DNA of 57,336 nucleotides. It comes from a virus. Taxonomy: Duplodnaviria; Caudoviricetes. How positions within the stretch are numbered: the stretch's first letter is position 1; each line of letters starts with the position of its first letter. The stretch lies in the IMG/VR virus record IMGVR_UViG_3300045120_000351, positions 1 through 57,336 of that record; one strand, given 5' to 3'. Below are positions 46,501-54,916 of this stretch, piece by piece. Below the pieces are notes generated by a model. It had not been told where the DNA came from, ran no database searches, and saw only the letters and a list, made by a program, of their open reading frames with translations. Position numbers and translations under genes: made by a program.

Positions 46501-47815
46501 TCGACCATTTGAGGCCGGTCGGCGTGTCGTTGACGTTGTCGTAGTAGAGATTGCGGTTTGCTGTGGCGACGAAGCCGATGCTTTGATTGACGTTCAGCCG
46601 AATGGCGTTCGCGGTGAACGTGCTGTTCAGAATGATGCCGTAGGCCGTCGTGGTGGCGCTGAGAAGGAGTTGCTGGGTGCCGGTGCCGCCGACAGTCCCG
46701 CTGATCTGCAAGCCCTGCGCGATATTGCCGCCAGTCGCGAGCGGCAGATAGAGCGCCGCAGCGGCGGCGACGAATGCCGTGGTCGATAGCTGCGTCGTGT
46801 TTGTGCCAGGGGCAGCAGTCGGCGCGAGAGGCACGCCGGAGAAGCTGGGCGACGCCAGCAAGGCTCCACCGACGCCGGTCACGTCAGCAGCAGTCAGCGT
46901 GACCGCGCCCACTCTCGTGTTGAAGCTCAGAACCGCCGCTGCGTTCGCAGCCTGGACAAATGCCGTCGTGGCCAAGGTCGTGCTGTTCGTGCCGGCGACC
47001 TGGGTGACGCCGATCGTGCCGGTGGGCAAGGTCGGTGTGCCGGTGAATACCGGACTGGCAAGGGGCGCATAAGGCGCCAGAAGGCCCGTGAAGCCCGCCC
47101 CGCTGACCGTGCCAGTTGCAGCAAGGGTCGTGAACGAGCCGCTGGACGGCGTCGTGGTGCCCACGGCGGTGGCATTCAGACCGGTCGAGGTTATCGAGGC
47201 GACATCGTTGCCTGCACTGACGAAGAAGTGGGCGCCGCCGACATGGTTGAGCCGTCCGCTGGTGACCGAGAAACCGTAGCTCGTACTCCAGAGAGCTATG
47301 TGGCTTGAAAGGTCAGTTGGGCTGGCACCAAGCACGGCGCCAAAGGCAAGACCGCCATTGCCGACGTTAATCTGGCCAGTGGAGCGATTGATCCGCAACG
47401 CATAGGAGCCGATGAGAACGCCAGCGTCATCGTAGGGTGAGAGGTCGAGGTCGCCCCCGAGGTTCGCTCCGCTCTCAGCGGTGTTGGTCGTGTGCCAGCC
47501 CCAGCGGTTTACACCCGCCGTCTGCCAATAGATCCCGCGCCCCGTGTTCGTCGCCGCGCCATTCAGATACAGCGGCTGCGGGAGCGTATTGGTGCCGAGG
47601 GTCAGGGAGCCGGTGAGAATACCCCCGGTGGTGGGAAGGAAAGCACCAGGTCCAGCAATCGGAAAGATCGTGGTCGCCTGGTTCGCGCTATTTCCACCGC
47701 CGTAATAGAGAATGTTGGTCTGCTCGTTGAATGCGAGTTCCGCTGCAGCGAGTGTTGCCGGTGCGCCTGCGGCTCCTCCGACCGCACGACGTTTGATGCG
47801 GAATGTGTCGGCCAT
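43547..47815 (-). CDS. long repetitive fibre protein (1422 aa)
   Basis: N-terminal RIKRR...LAAAELAFN; many APLASPxFTGxPxxPT and ATTAFV repeats; C-terminal domain shared with tail fibres. Confidence 0.85.
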   Translation of the reverse strand: MADTFRIKRRAVGGAAGAPATLAAAELAFNEQTNILYYGGGNSANQATTIFPIAGPGAFLPTTGGILTGSLTLGTNTLPQPLYLNGAATNTGRGIYWQTAGVNRWGWHTTNTAESGANLGGDLDLSPYDDAGVLIGSYALRINRSTGQINVGNGGLAFGAVLGASPTDLSSHIALWSTSYGFSVTSGRLNHVGGAHFFVSAGNDVASITSTGLNATAVGTTTPSSGSFTTLAATGTVSGAGFTGLLAPYAPLASPVFTGTPTLPTGTIGVTQVAGTNSTTLATTAFVQAANAAAVLSFNTRVGAVTLTAADVTGVGGALLASPSFSGVPLAPTAAPGTNTTQLSTTAFVAAAAALYLPLATGGNIAQGLQISGTVGGTGTQQLLLSATTTAYGIILNSTFTANAIRLNVNQSIGFVATANRNLYYDNVNDTPTGLKWSTGGQAAPNPVITLADLGYVQANGFYADGATGTWRSFRVLTSGILNWVVGGNLTATPQDGSNAGTDLDFNAYSDTGALIATHARITRSSGLFTFYRGIFLNTQVAPGGVTDLSRHINLYNGLYGFNVVASPSSRLNYLVPTAATHVFVVNAIDVGNFSSTGLNAAAVGATTPSTGAFTTLTATGAVSGAGFTSLLAPYAPLASPTFTGVPSGPTAAPGTNTTQYATTAFVTAADIVAAGVTAFNTRSGAVVLTAADVTGVGGALLAGPTFTGVPAAPTAAANTNTTQIATTAFVLAAAAAYVPLIGGVNITGGVTFTAAGYALNVTNNCLVSGILAVGGTASISNTGLNGAAVGATTPSTGAFTTLSATGVVSGAGFTTLLSPYAPLASPTFTGTVTLPTGAVGVTQAIGDEDTSLATVQFVAREAAGYVATNIGDADYTMTTAQANARIINVSGALTADRTVTIPVNAMHKSWVLRNGTTGGFNVIFAAGSNSYVYPMSYAGELWSTGAALFPAQNLLPGATVRFGDGTRNALVVTTGLPTATTVISSTGTGLIQLSGGVIFGGGGISFGNVVAAGGTTDLSSHIALYSTVYGFNVTSNRFNHVAPNLASHWFVVNAIDVAQISATGINAAAIGATTPSTGSFTTLAATGAVSGAGFTTLLAPYAPLASPVFTGAPSLPTGAIGVTQVAGTSSTTLATTAFVTTADNLKAPLASPALTGTPTAPTAAVGTATTQLATTAFVTGAAGGGGPSAGNRNRLINSSFRVNQRGSPSPVNNGAGYSFVSSLDMWRSGVNGHSWTFNVTNPAATITISSGSVQQIIEGALIEGGTYTLSWQGTATGRINAGTYAASPITVTGLAAAVNLIVEFQAGTVLKPQLEPGTVATQWEMRLDEKTLCERYYQQGSFLYAGYGTAGMAFATTISLPTSMRVTPSITVLQNSSNNLSGFSQSMPDTHDLIIQANVTAAASFNYNGSYYLFAEITSPT

Positions 47816-47829
47816 TTGTAGTTACGGCG

Positions 47830-49392
47830 TCAAAATGTGCCGCCGTCCAAGGTCACTCCATCAATGGTCCCGCCAGTGATGGCGACCGCAGACGCAGCCT
47901 GCGTCGACATGGTCCCGAGGCCAGTGATGTCGGTGTTTGGAATGGTCGCAAAGCCGGTGAATGCAGCGACGCCATTGCCTTTGAGATAACCGGTCAACGT
48001 GACTGCGCCGCTGCCGCCGCGATTGACCGCGATCGTCGTCGCATTCCATGTGCCGGTGGCGACCGCGCCAAGCGTCGTGATCGAGGCCTGCCCGACATAA
48101 TTCGGATCGATGTCGATGCTGTCGGGGTTGGCGAGGATGCGATTGGCAGTGCCGATCACGTCGATCTGGTTGCCGGTTTTGGTGAGGCCTGCGCCCGAGA
48201 TGATCTGGCCGGCGCCACTGAACTGGACAAATGTGATCGGTGTCGTGCCCAGCGTGCCACCAGGATCGGAAGTGCAGACGTAGCCGTTGTCGGCGTTGGT
48301 CGTGCCAAGCTCAACGAAAATATAGGTAGCCGGAATCTCGGCCCATGTGTCCATGTCGGTCGTGCGCGTCCACGCGCCGACTGCGGCGGCGTAAATGCCG
48401 TTGTTCTGCGCGAGCGTCTGATCCTTGACAAGCACACGGTCGCCGGCGACGGCGGTGATACCGTCGATCACCAGCAAGCCACTCAGCGCTGCCAGGTTTG
48501 TCGTCGTCGCCATGCGGCAAGGGTTGCTGACGTTGAGCCCTTGAATCGCTCCGTCTACGTAGTTTTTGGTCGCCGCGTCTTGCGGACTCGTGGGGTCCAA
48601 AAGTGCGGTGATCTTGCGACTGCCCCAGGCGACGTCTGCAGTCGGAGGCTGGAACTGATCCTGCCGCAGGCCTTTGACAAATGCCGTGGTCGCCAGCGAG
48701 GTGCTCGAGTCAGCATTTGCAGGCGATGGTCCGGTCGGGTTGCCTGTAAAGACCGGGCTGGCGATCGGTGCGTACGCCTGCACCTTCACAAATGCGGTCG
48801 TTGCGAGTGAAACGCTCGAATCGGCCGTGGCAGGCGTGGGTCCGGTCGGATTTCCAGTGAAGACCGGCGAGACGGTCGGTGCGCGCGAGGTGTCGATCGG
48901 GTGTACGTGGTCCGCACGCGCGAATGTCGTTCCGACACCGACTGCAACCGCGCCGTCCATCACCGGATTGGTCGAGGAGGGCAGCGGCACGCTCGCAACA
49001 GTCGCGTAGGACTGTGCTTTGACGAATGCCGTGGTCGCTATCGATGTGTCGTTGTCAGCCGTCAGAGGAGTCGGCGCTTGAGGATCACCTGTGAAGACCG
49101 GATTCGCCAGCGGCGCGCGCGACGTATCTACGGGATGGACGTGGTCGGAGCGGCTGAAATTTGTTGACGTGCCAGCTGCAGCTGCAGCGTTCATCAGTGG
49201 GTTGGTATTTGACGCGATCCCGCTGCCGCCAACAGGCACGACGACCGTCGCAGACCCGCCCGATCCGCCGGTGCCTTCGCCGTAGTACAGAATGTGGTCG
49301 ACTTCGTTGTAGGCGAGCTCGGCATTCGCCAGCGACGACGGCGCGCCAGGCGCACCGGAAGTCCTGCGCTTAATGCGGATGACATCTGCCAT
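47830..49392 (-). CDS. fibre/decoration protein (520 aa)
   Basis: Same N-terminal RIKRR...ELAYN module; RADHVHP repeats; DAATKNYVD...GDRVLVKDQT..NNGIY. Confidence 0.8.
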   Translation of the reverse strand: MADVIRIKRRTSGAPGAPSSLANAELAYNEVDHILYYGEGTGGSGGSATVVVPVGGSGIASNTNPLMNAAAAAGTSTNFSRSDHVHPVDTSRAPLANPVFTGDPQAPTPLTADNDTSIATTAFVKAQSYATVASVPLPSSTNPVMDGAVAVGVGTTFARADHVHPIDTSRAPTVSPVFTGNPTGPTPATADSSVSLATTAFVKVQAYAPIASPVFTGNPTGPSPANADSSTSLATTAFVKGLRQDQFQPPTADVAWGSRKITALLDPTSPQDAATKNYVDGAIQGLNVSNPCRMATTTNLAALSGLLVIDGITAVAGDRVLVKDQTLAQNNGIYAAAVGAWTRTTDMDTWAEIPATYIFVELGTTNADNGYVCTSDPGGTLGTTPITFVQFSGAGQIISGAGLTKTGNQIDVIGTANRILANPDSIDIDPNYVGQASITTLGAVATGTWNATTIAVNRGGSGAVTLTGYLKGNGVAAFTGFATIPNTDITGLGTMSTQAASAVAITGGTIDGVTLDGGTF

Positions 49393-50019
49393 CTAAAAAC
49401 TCCCCCCGTCCAAAACCTGGACGTTCCAGTCCTCGAGATCGGCCGTGTAGAGCAAGACATCGCCGATCTTGCGCGCGACGCTCTGCACGATGTCGTCCTT
49501 GTGGCCAGCCAGGACAGCGGCCTGCACAAACTGCGCATTCGCTATCTGGGTGGAATTCGCCGTGGTCGGAGGCGTCGGTGTCGTCGGCACGCCAACCAGC
49601 GTTGGTGAATTCAGGGGCGCATACGGTGCCAGCAAGCCCAGTGCGCCCACCCAAGCCCGATTGAGTCGACCGTAAATTACCCCGTCCATTTGGACGTCTT
49701 CGATGCCTGTCTGCCAGGCGGCTATGGCATCGACGCGGACGGGCGCAGGCGGCGTCACGATGACGTCGACGGTGATAGGTAGGGGCGACTGGACATCGAC
49801 GCTGGCGGGGCCAGGAGCGACCGCAGCGTCGACGGTGACGACCGGCGGCATCAGGGTGACGTCAACCGTTGGCGGCGGCTGCGTAGGCGGTAGATCAACC
49901 TGCACGACCGGCGGCACCGGTGACGTGATGTCGACATGCCCACCGTCTGTCGTGATTTCGATTGTCTTGATCGGCTGCGTGAGCGCGACGTCGACAACAA
50001 CGATGGTGGAGCCGCTCAT
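49393..50019 (-). CDS. Val/Pro-rich structural protein with fibre repeat
   Basis: APLNSPTLVGVPTTPT...IANAQFV; ends LDGGSF like the neighbour's LDGGTF. Confidence 0.65.
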   Translation of the reverse strand: MSGSTIVVVDVALTQPIKTIEITTDGGHVDITSPVPPVVQVDLPPTQPPPTVDVTLMPPVVTVDAAVAPGPASVDVQSPLPITVDVIVTPPAPVRVDAIAAWQTGIEDVQMDGVIYGRLNRAWVGALGLLAPYAPLNSPTLVGVPTTPTPPTTANSTQIANAQFVQAAVLAGHKDDIVQSVARKIGDVLLYTADLEDWNVQVLDGGSF

Positions 50020-50414
50020 CCCGGCCGGCCTGGCATCGCTGCGCGCTGCTCCGGCGCCGCGAGAAGGGTGCCGGTGCCCGAGTCAGTCACGTCCATGGTC
50101 ACGCTGACGGCGCCCGCCAGGATCGTCTGCACGTCGCCAGACGGGTAGGTCAGCTGGAGATCCCAGGTGCCACCGGTTTTCGGCAGCAACGTGGTCTTCG
50201 CCGACGTCAGCACGCCGAGCAAGATGTTGGGCATCTGCACGGTGACATCCATGGTCGTTAGAATCGGCCCGCCGGACACCGTGCGGACCTCCGCTTTCGG
50301 AATCACACCGGTCAGATCGGCCGGAAGCGTCTTCGCCTGGTCCTGCCAGAGCACAAATTGCCACCGGTATGTGTCGCCATGGTAGACCGCGATATTGAGC
50401 GTCCCAGGCGTCAC
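50016..50414 (-). CDS. BppU-like fibre attachment domain protein
   Basis: HGDTY...ADLTG...WDLQLTYPSGDVQTILAGAVSV..DVT. Confidence 0.6.
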   Translation of the reverse strand: MTPGTLNIAVYHGDTYRWQFVLWQDQAKTLPADLTGVIPKAEVRTVSGGPILTTMDVTVQMPNILLGVLTSAKTTLLPKTGGTWDLQLTYPSGDVQTILAGAVSVTMDVTDSGTGTLLAAPEQRAAMPGRPG

Positions 50415-50677
50415 TGCTGCGCTCCTGCGGGCGGCGCCGGCGCCACTGCTGTTTCGACATCATCCACCGTCGAACTGGCAGCATTCCGATGCTCGATCCA
50501 CATCGCGCCGCAGGTATCGCACGTCTTCGTCGTCGAGAACGTGTTCGGATCCGAGTTGGTGACGTTGCCATTGCCGTCGTGCACCGCAACCCACTCGATC
50601 TGGGTCATCGTCTGGTCTACGACCGTGATGCGGCACTCGGACGGATCGCGATGGCAGTCAGGATGAGCGTGCGCCAT
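50411..50677 (-). CDS. small Cys-containing hypothetical protein
   Basis: GGAG RBS; CDTCG. Confidence 0.55.
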   Translation of the reverse strand: MAHAHPDCHRDPSECRITVVDQTMTQIEWVAVHDGNGNVTNSDPNTFSTTKTCDTCGAMWIEHRNAASSTVDDVETAVAPAPPAGAQQ

Positions 50678-50689
50678 TGATATTCTCCG

Positions 50690-52426
50690 CTAACCGGTGA
50701 CTGGCCCACTCAAGAAGCGATCGATGCCCTCGATGTCTTCGTCTTCCATCGATTTGGCGATGCACATGATCAGAGAGACGATGCCGTCGACGCGGGAGGT
50801 GCTGTTCTTCTTCGACGGCATGAGATTGTCGTTCTCGTGCAGCACGACATGAAGATTCGAGGCCATCCACGCCAAGACTTCGTTGTCGCCATGATCAAGC
50901 TGCTCGGATAGCAGCATAGCCTCCAGCTGCTTCGTCGGCGCCGAGTAGTTCCTGACATTTTGGGCGAATTCAAAGACCGGCAGACCGTTATTCTCGAGCG
51001 CAACCGCCAGCTGGACGGCGTTCCACCGGTCATAAGCGATGGCGCGGGGCTCGTGGAGGCGGCAGTCCTCGAGAATGACGCGCTGGATCTCGTTATGGTC
51101 GATCACGTTGCCGCCGGTGGCGTCGATCAACCCCTCGTCGATCCACCGCTGATACTGCACCCGGTCTCGATCCGACTTGTCCTGGACCGTGTCACCAGGC
51201 ATCCAAAACCGGCAAACCACCTTCCAGGTCCGTTCCTCGTCCCTCGGCGGGAATAATTTGACCCAAGCCGACAAATCTATCCTCGAAGAGAGGTCAAATG
51301 CGCCGTAAAACGGCCTTCCCTGGAGCTCCGCAGGGTCAAACGGGCCGCCGGAATTCTTCCGCCACACCGCCATGTCGATCGCCTGCGCGCTATCCGATGT
51401 CCTCATATTCAAACGCAGCCGCTTGAAGGCGATCAGCGACGGCGGAGACCTCGAGGCTTTGAGCGCCTGGCGCCGCAAATCATCCATTTTGACCGATATT
51501 CCGAGGTTCGGATTGGCCTTTATCCAGACTTTTGGGTCATCCCAGCGGTCTTCTGGGTCCAAAGTGGCAATATAGGCGAAGTAGCTGTCGTCTTTTACTG
51601 ATCCGTCGAGCACCTGTGCCGCATAAGTAGTTTCTGCGGCGTAGACGGTCTGCGTGTCGCTCGATCCGGCCGTGGTGATGATCCAGAGCAACGGTTGTCG
51701 CCGGCTACCCATCGCGGTGTCGAGGACATCGAGCACAGCGCGCGATTTGTGCCGGTGGAGCTCGTCGATGATGACAAAATGCGGATTTAGGCCGTCCAGA
51801 GTGCGTTCATCGGACGAAAGCGGGATGAAATTGGACCCGGAGGGCTCGTGGACGAGGACTCTCTGGAGCACACGCACCGAGCTCTTCAACCGAGGCGACC
51901 CCAGCACCATCCGGCGGGCTTCGTCGAAGACCAAACGGGCTTGATCGCGCTTGGTCGCGGCGCTGAATACCTCGCTCCCGGGCTCCTTGTCGCCCATCAA
52001 ACCCTGCAAAGCGACCGCTGCAGCGACCGTGCTTTTCCCGTTTTTCCGGCCTAATTCGAGATATGCGACCCTGAATCGGCGCAAACCGTCGGCCCGCATC
52101 CACCCAAACACGGATCCGTGGATGAATTGCTGCCAGGGAGAGAGAATAATGGGCTGGCCGGCCCACTCACCTTTGCTGTGACGGAGGAACCGGTTGAAAT
52201 CGATGGCGTGCTGGGCAGCTTCGGGGTTCCACGCCAGCCCTCGCTTGTGCCCGTCCCTCAGGTCGCGGAAGTGACGCTCGCAGGCGAACCTTACCAGCCG
52301 GCCGGCGACAATCTTCCCTTTGAGGACATCCCAGGCGTAGGCGCTGACAGGGTCAGTTGACGGCCTTTGTGTTGGGAGCTCGACGGAGGTACTCCTCGAG
52401 CGTTTCTTCATCGGGGGACGGGACAT
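50690..52426 (-). CDS. terL: terminase large subunit
   Basis: GRKNGKS Walker A, IIDELH Walker B, ITTAG, KANPNLG, FDLSS, RVDGIVS. Confidence 0.97.
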   Translation of the reverse strand: MSRPPMKKRSRSTSVELPTQRPSTDPVSAYAWDVLKGKIVAGRLVRFACERHFRDLRDGHKRGLAWNPEAAQHAIDFNRFLRHSKGEWAGQPIILSPWQQFIHGSVFGWMRADGLRRFRVAYLELGRKNGKSTVAAAVALQGLMGDKEPGSEVFSAATKRDQARLVFDEARRMVLGSPRLKSSVRVLQRVLVHEPSGSNFIPLSSDERTLDGLNPHFVIIDELHRHKSRAVLDVLDTAMGSRRQPLLWIITTAGSSDTQTVYAAETTYAAQVLDGSVKDDSYFAYIATLDPEDRWDDPKVWIKANPNLGISVKMDDLRRQALKASRSPPSLIAFKRLRLNMRTSDSAQAIDMAVWRKNSGGPFDPAELQGRPFYGAFDLSSRIDLSAWVKLFPPRDEERTWKVVCRFWMPGDTVQDKSDRDRVQYQRWIDEGLIDATGGNVIDHNEIQRVILEDCRLHEPRAIAYDRWNAVQLAVALENNGLPVFEFAQNVRNYSAPTKQLEAMLLSEQLDHGDNEVLAWMASNLHVVLHENDNLMPSKKNSTSRVDGIVSLIMCIAKSMEDEDIEGIDRFLSGPVTG

Positions 52427-52871
52427 ATGGCTTCGATCCCAACTCCTCCCCGCCCATCGTCAGCCCGATGCGCGGCCGCGCCGTCGGTGTGAAGCCGAGC
52501 TCCCCTGCCGCACGCATCATGATCTGCGCCTGGCGGTTGAGCATGCCGAGGAACGGCGACTGCACCTCGGTCCCGTTTTGCGTGATGACCGTCAGCCCGC
52601 GCACGGCGAGCTCTTTAACGATCTTGCGGTGCAGGCAGTGGGCGACCACCCAAGCCTCAAACACCGAGGCGTCGATCAGCTTGAGCATGCCAGGCGGCGA
52701 CTGCCCCAGCGCATCGTTCCACACCGCGCGTTGCTCGGCGTCGAAATGCGCCGGCGATGAATCGGACTCTACCGACAGTTCACCTTCCGGGATCGGCTCT
52801 CGCTCATTGATCGGATACTGACTGTGGTGCAGTTTCTTGAGCACCGAGGGCTTGGGCTTGCGTCCGCGCAT
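52353..52871 (-). CDS. terS: terminase small subunit (P27 family)
   Basis: MRGRKPKP...QSP...ELGFTPTAR. Confidence 0.92.
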   Translation of the reverse strand: MRGRKPKPSVLKKLHHSQYPINEREPIPEGELSVESDSSPAHFDAEQRAVWNDALGQSPPGMLKLIDASVFEAWVVAHCLHRKIVKELAVRGLTVITQNGTEVQSPFLGMLNRQAQIMMRAAGELGFTPTARPRIGLTMGGEELGSKPYVPSPDEETLEEYLRRAPNTKAVN

Positions 52872-52937
52872 GGGCGTTTCCCCTTTCGGCTCTCGGTGAC
52901 GGGTGGTGTGTTCCGCCGGGGGCCGCCACCCGTTTGT

Positions 52938-53156
52938 CTAGAGGACAATACGGATGCTGGGCAGACCGAGCAGCAGTGCGATCAGCATGTAAAGCGCGAT
53001 CAGCGCGACGACGAGCAGGTAGAGCCGCTGCACGGTCCAGTCGATCGGCCATTGAAACCACTTCGCGACCATCACAATTATCGCCCCGACCAGGACCAAC
53101 ACCGCGATGACGATCGCAATATTGATGATGCCGAGCAGCAAACCGCCAACGGCCAT
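52938..53156 (-). CDS. two-TM small membrane protein (possible holin)
   Basis: Two hydrophobic helices separated by WPID; GGAGG RBS. Confidence 0.65.
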   Translation of the reverse strand: MAVGGLLLGIINIAIVIAVLVLVGAIIVMVAKWFQWPIDWTVQRLYLLVVALIALYMLIALLLGLPSIRIVL

Positions 53157-53174
53157 ATCAGCCTCCATCGGGCG

Positions 53175-53462
53175 TCATTTCCACGCCCTTCCCTTCTCGC
53201 GGTGCTTTTTCGCGTCGCAGTCGGTGCAGAGCAGCTGCAGATTCCACTCGGCGTCGGCCCCGCCATCACGCCGGGCCTTGATGTGGTCGACACGCCAAGA
53301 ATCGGGCCTGCCGCACCGGCGGCAGATACCGCCATCCCTCTCACGCACGGCAGAGCGGAGCTTTTTCCAGGCCTGTGAGCCGTAAAAAGCGTGGTCCTGA
53401 CTGAAGTATTTGGGGGTCGGGAGCCACCCAATTGGACGGTGTTTTGGGGGCATGTAGGGCAT
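53175..53462 (-). CDS. HNH endonuclease, terminase-associated (HK97 gp74-like)
   Basis: FYGSQAWKKLR...RDGGICRRCG...VDHIKARRDGG...NLQLLC..C; AAGGAGGT RBS. Confidence 0.9.
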   Translation of the reverse strand: MPYMPPKHRPIGWLPTPKYFSQDHAFYGSQAWKKLRSAVRERDGGICRRCGRPDSWRVDHIKARRDGGADAEWNLQLLCTDCDAKKHREKGRAWK

Positions 53463-53499
53463 ATCTGACACCTCCTTGGGTGGCGGATTGCCGCATTCT

Positions 53500-53627
53500 G
53501 ACAATAAAAGGCCCTAACGGCTTCCCATTTGTCAATGGCTTACCGCATCTTGTGGTCTCGGAGGGTCACATCACACAAGCGAGAAAAGGCTTGAATCCGT
53601 CACAGCTTGTGATGTTTTCTGGCCAGC
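53500..53627. promoter_or_regulatory. divergent promoter region with 17-bp operator
   Basis: TTGACA on the minus strand at 53530-53535; TTGAAT at 53591-53596 followed by CGTCACAGCTTGTGATG at 53598-53614. Confidence 0.6.
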
Positions 53628-53834
53628 ATGGAACAGAAACACCCCGACGAAACGACCATTGTTGAGCTCCGCGCAGCACTGGCCGAGGCCCGCAGGACGA
53701 ATCTCGAGCTCGCCAGGCTAAATGCCGATCTCGACAGGCACAACAAAGAGTTGCGGCAGGCCGTTGACGCCCTGCTGCAGCCCGCAGCGTCCGAATTGTT
53801 GGCGCAGAACATGGCGCACCCGTCCCGGCAATGA
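53628..53834 (+). CDS. coiled-coil hypothetical protein
   Basis: Heptad pattern; first ORF after the operator. Confidence 0.55.
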   Translation: MEQKHPDETTIVELRAALAEARRTNLELARLNADLDRHNKELRQAVDALLQPAASELLAQNMAHPSRQ

Positions 53835-54172
53835 CCCGCGAGACGGTGCAATGGTGCACGGTCTGCGGCTGCAAGACGTGGTTTCTCGATGGCGTGTGCG
53901 AGTGGTCTGACGGGCCAATCTCGCCGGCCAATTGCATCGCGTCGGATCGCAGTTCATCCGCATTGGATCACAGACTGCAACAAGCTCGCCGGGAAATCGA
54001 GCCCGAGATCGAGCACACAGTTGCCTGGTTTTACGAGAAATCCGAAACCACCGAGGCTATCTGTCGCCGTTGCGGCCTGTGGCGGCGGGCCGACGGTAAT
54101 TGCTGGCGGCGCATGGAGGATTGTCCGATGGTTGAGGAGACCGTGGCGCGTGAGGGGCAGGTTGATGAGTAG
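53831..54172 (+). CDS. Cys-rich hypothetical protein
   Basis: CTVCG and CRRCG; ATGA coupling. Confidence 0.45.
   Translation: MTRETVQWCTVCGCKTWFLDGVCEWSDGPISPANCIASDRSSSALDHRLQQARREIEPEIEHTVAWFYEKSETTEAICRRCGLWRRADGNCWRRMEDCPMVEETVAREGQVDE
53960..53992 (-). promoter_or_regulatory. second sigma54-type -24/-12 element (inverted copy)
   Basis: CGGCGAGCTTGTTGCA on the minus strand; 28/31 identity to 54846-54876. Confidence 0.55.
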
Positions 54173-54183
54173 GAGGCGGCGGC

Positions 54184-54372
54184 ATGGAACCTGACCCGCG
54201 CCCTTGGTGGCGGCGTCTGCTGTGCCGTTTTGGCCAGTGTGCGTGCCGCCACTATGAGGACGCTGGAGGCTGCGGCGGGCAGTGCGTCCGGTGCGGCAGG
54301 ATCGTCGGATACGTCACCAGAGCGCAGCTACGCGCCTATGCCGACCGGGAGATTGCCCGACACCGGAGATAA
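54184..54372 (+). CDS. small Cys-rich protein
   Basis: LLCRFGQC...CVRCG; AGGAGG RBS. Confidence 0.55.
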   Translation: MEPDPRPWWRRLLCRFGQCACRHYEDAGGCGGQCVRCGRIVGYVTRAQLRAYADREIARHRR

Positions 54373-54375
54373 GGC

Positions 54376-54642
54376 ATGAGCCAAGACCTAACCGATATCG
54401 TCACCATGATGCTGAAGGTTGACGCCAACCACGACCCGTCAGAGGCGAACGATCTGCTGTCGGCCGGGGCGCGGGAGATCACGCGGCTTCGCACGGCGCC
54501 GATGGCGGTGCGCCCGCAACGGACGTGGGCGCAGTGCTACGGAGCGGGCATAGGCGCCGATCTAGAGAAGAAGCCGCGTGTTCCGCCTGCCGATTACACG
54601 GAGTACGAGCAAGCGTGTTGGTTTGCGGGGTACGACCGATGA
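54376..54642 (+). CDS. hypothetical protein with RMF-like C-terminus
   Basis: YGAGIGA...PP...WFAGY. Confidence 0.5.
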   Translation: MSQDLTDIVTMMLKVDANHDPSEANDLLSAGAREITRLRTAPMAVRPQRTWAQCYGAGIGADLEKKPRVPPADYTEYEQACWFAGYDR

Positions 54643-54815
54643 TGAGGTGCGGCCACGGCAAGACGATGCACGAGGAGTGCCTCGCCTGCGCCATGATGTT
54701 CCGCATCGAGCAGCGGAAGGACGCTAAGATCGCAGCGCTGGAGGCGGAAGTGGCGCGGCTGCGGTTGTCGGCAAATCTTACACCTTGGTCGAAACCATCA
54801 ACTTCCGCCCCGTAA
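54639..54815 (+). CDS. small hypothetical protein
   Basis: MMRCGHG...CLAC plus short coiled coil; ATGA coupling. Confidence 0.5.
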   Translation: MMRCGHGKTMHEECLACAMMFRIEQRKDAKIAALEAEVARLRLSANLTPWSKPSTSAP

Positions 54816-54860
54816 CCCGTTGATTTGTGGTCGGACGATAACCTTGGCGAGCTTGTTGCG
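54766..54860 (+). promoter_or_regulatory. sigma54 promoter with enhancer and IHF site
   Basis: TGT-N11-ACA ending CTTACA at 54766-54782; IHF consensus AATCAACGGGTTA (minus strand) at 54813-54825; TGGC-N7-TTGC at 54845-54859. Confidence 0.8.
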
Positions 54861-54916
54861 ACCTGTGATCCAATGCAGTCGTCCCAATCCGGGGCAACCT
54901 TTGCAAAGGATCTCCA

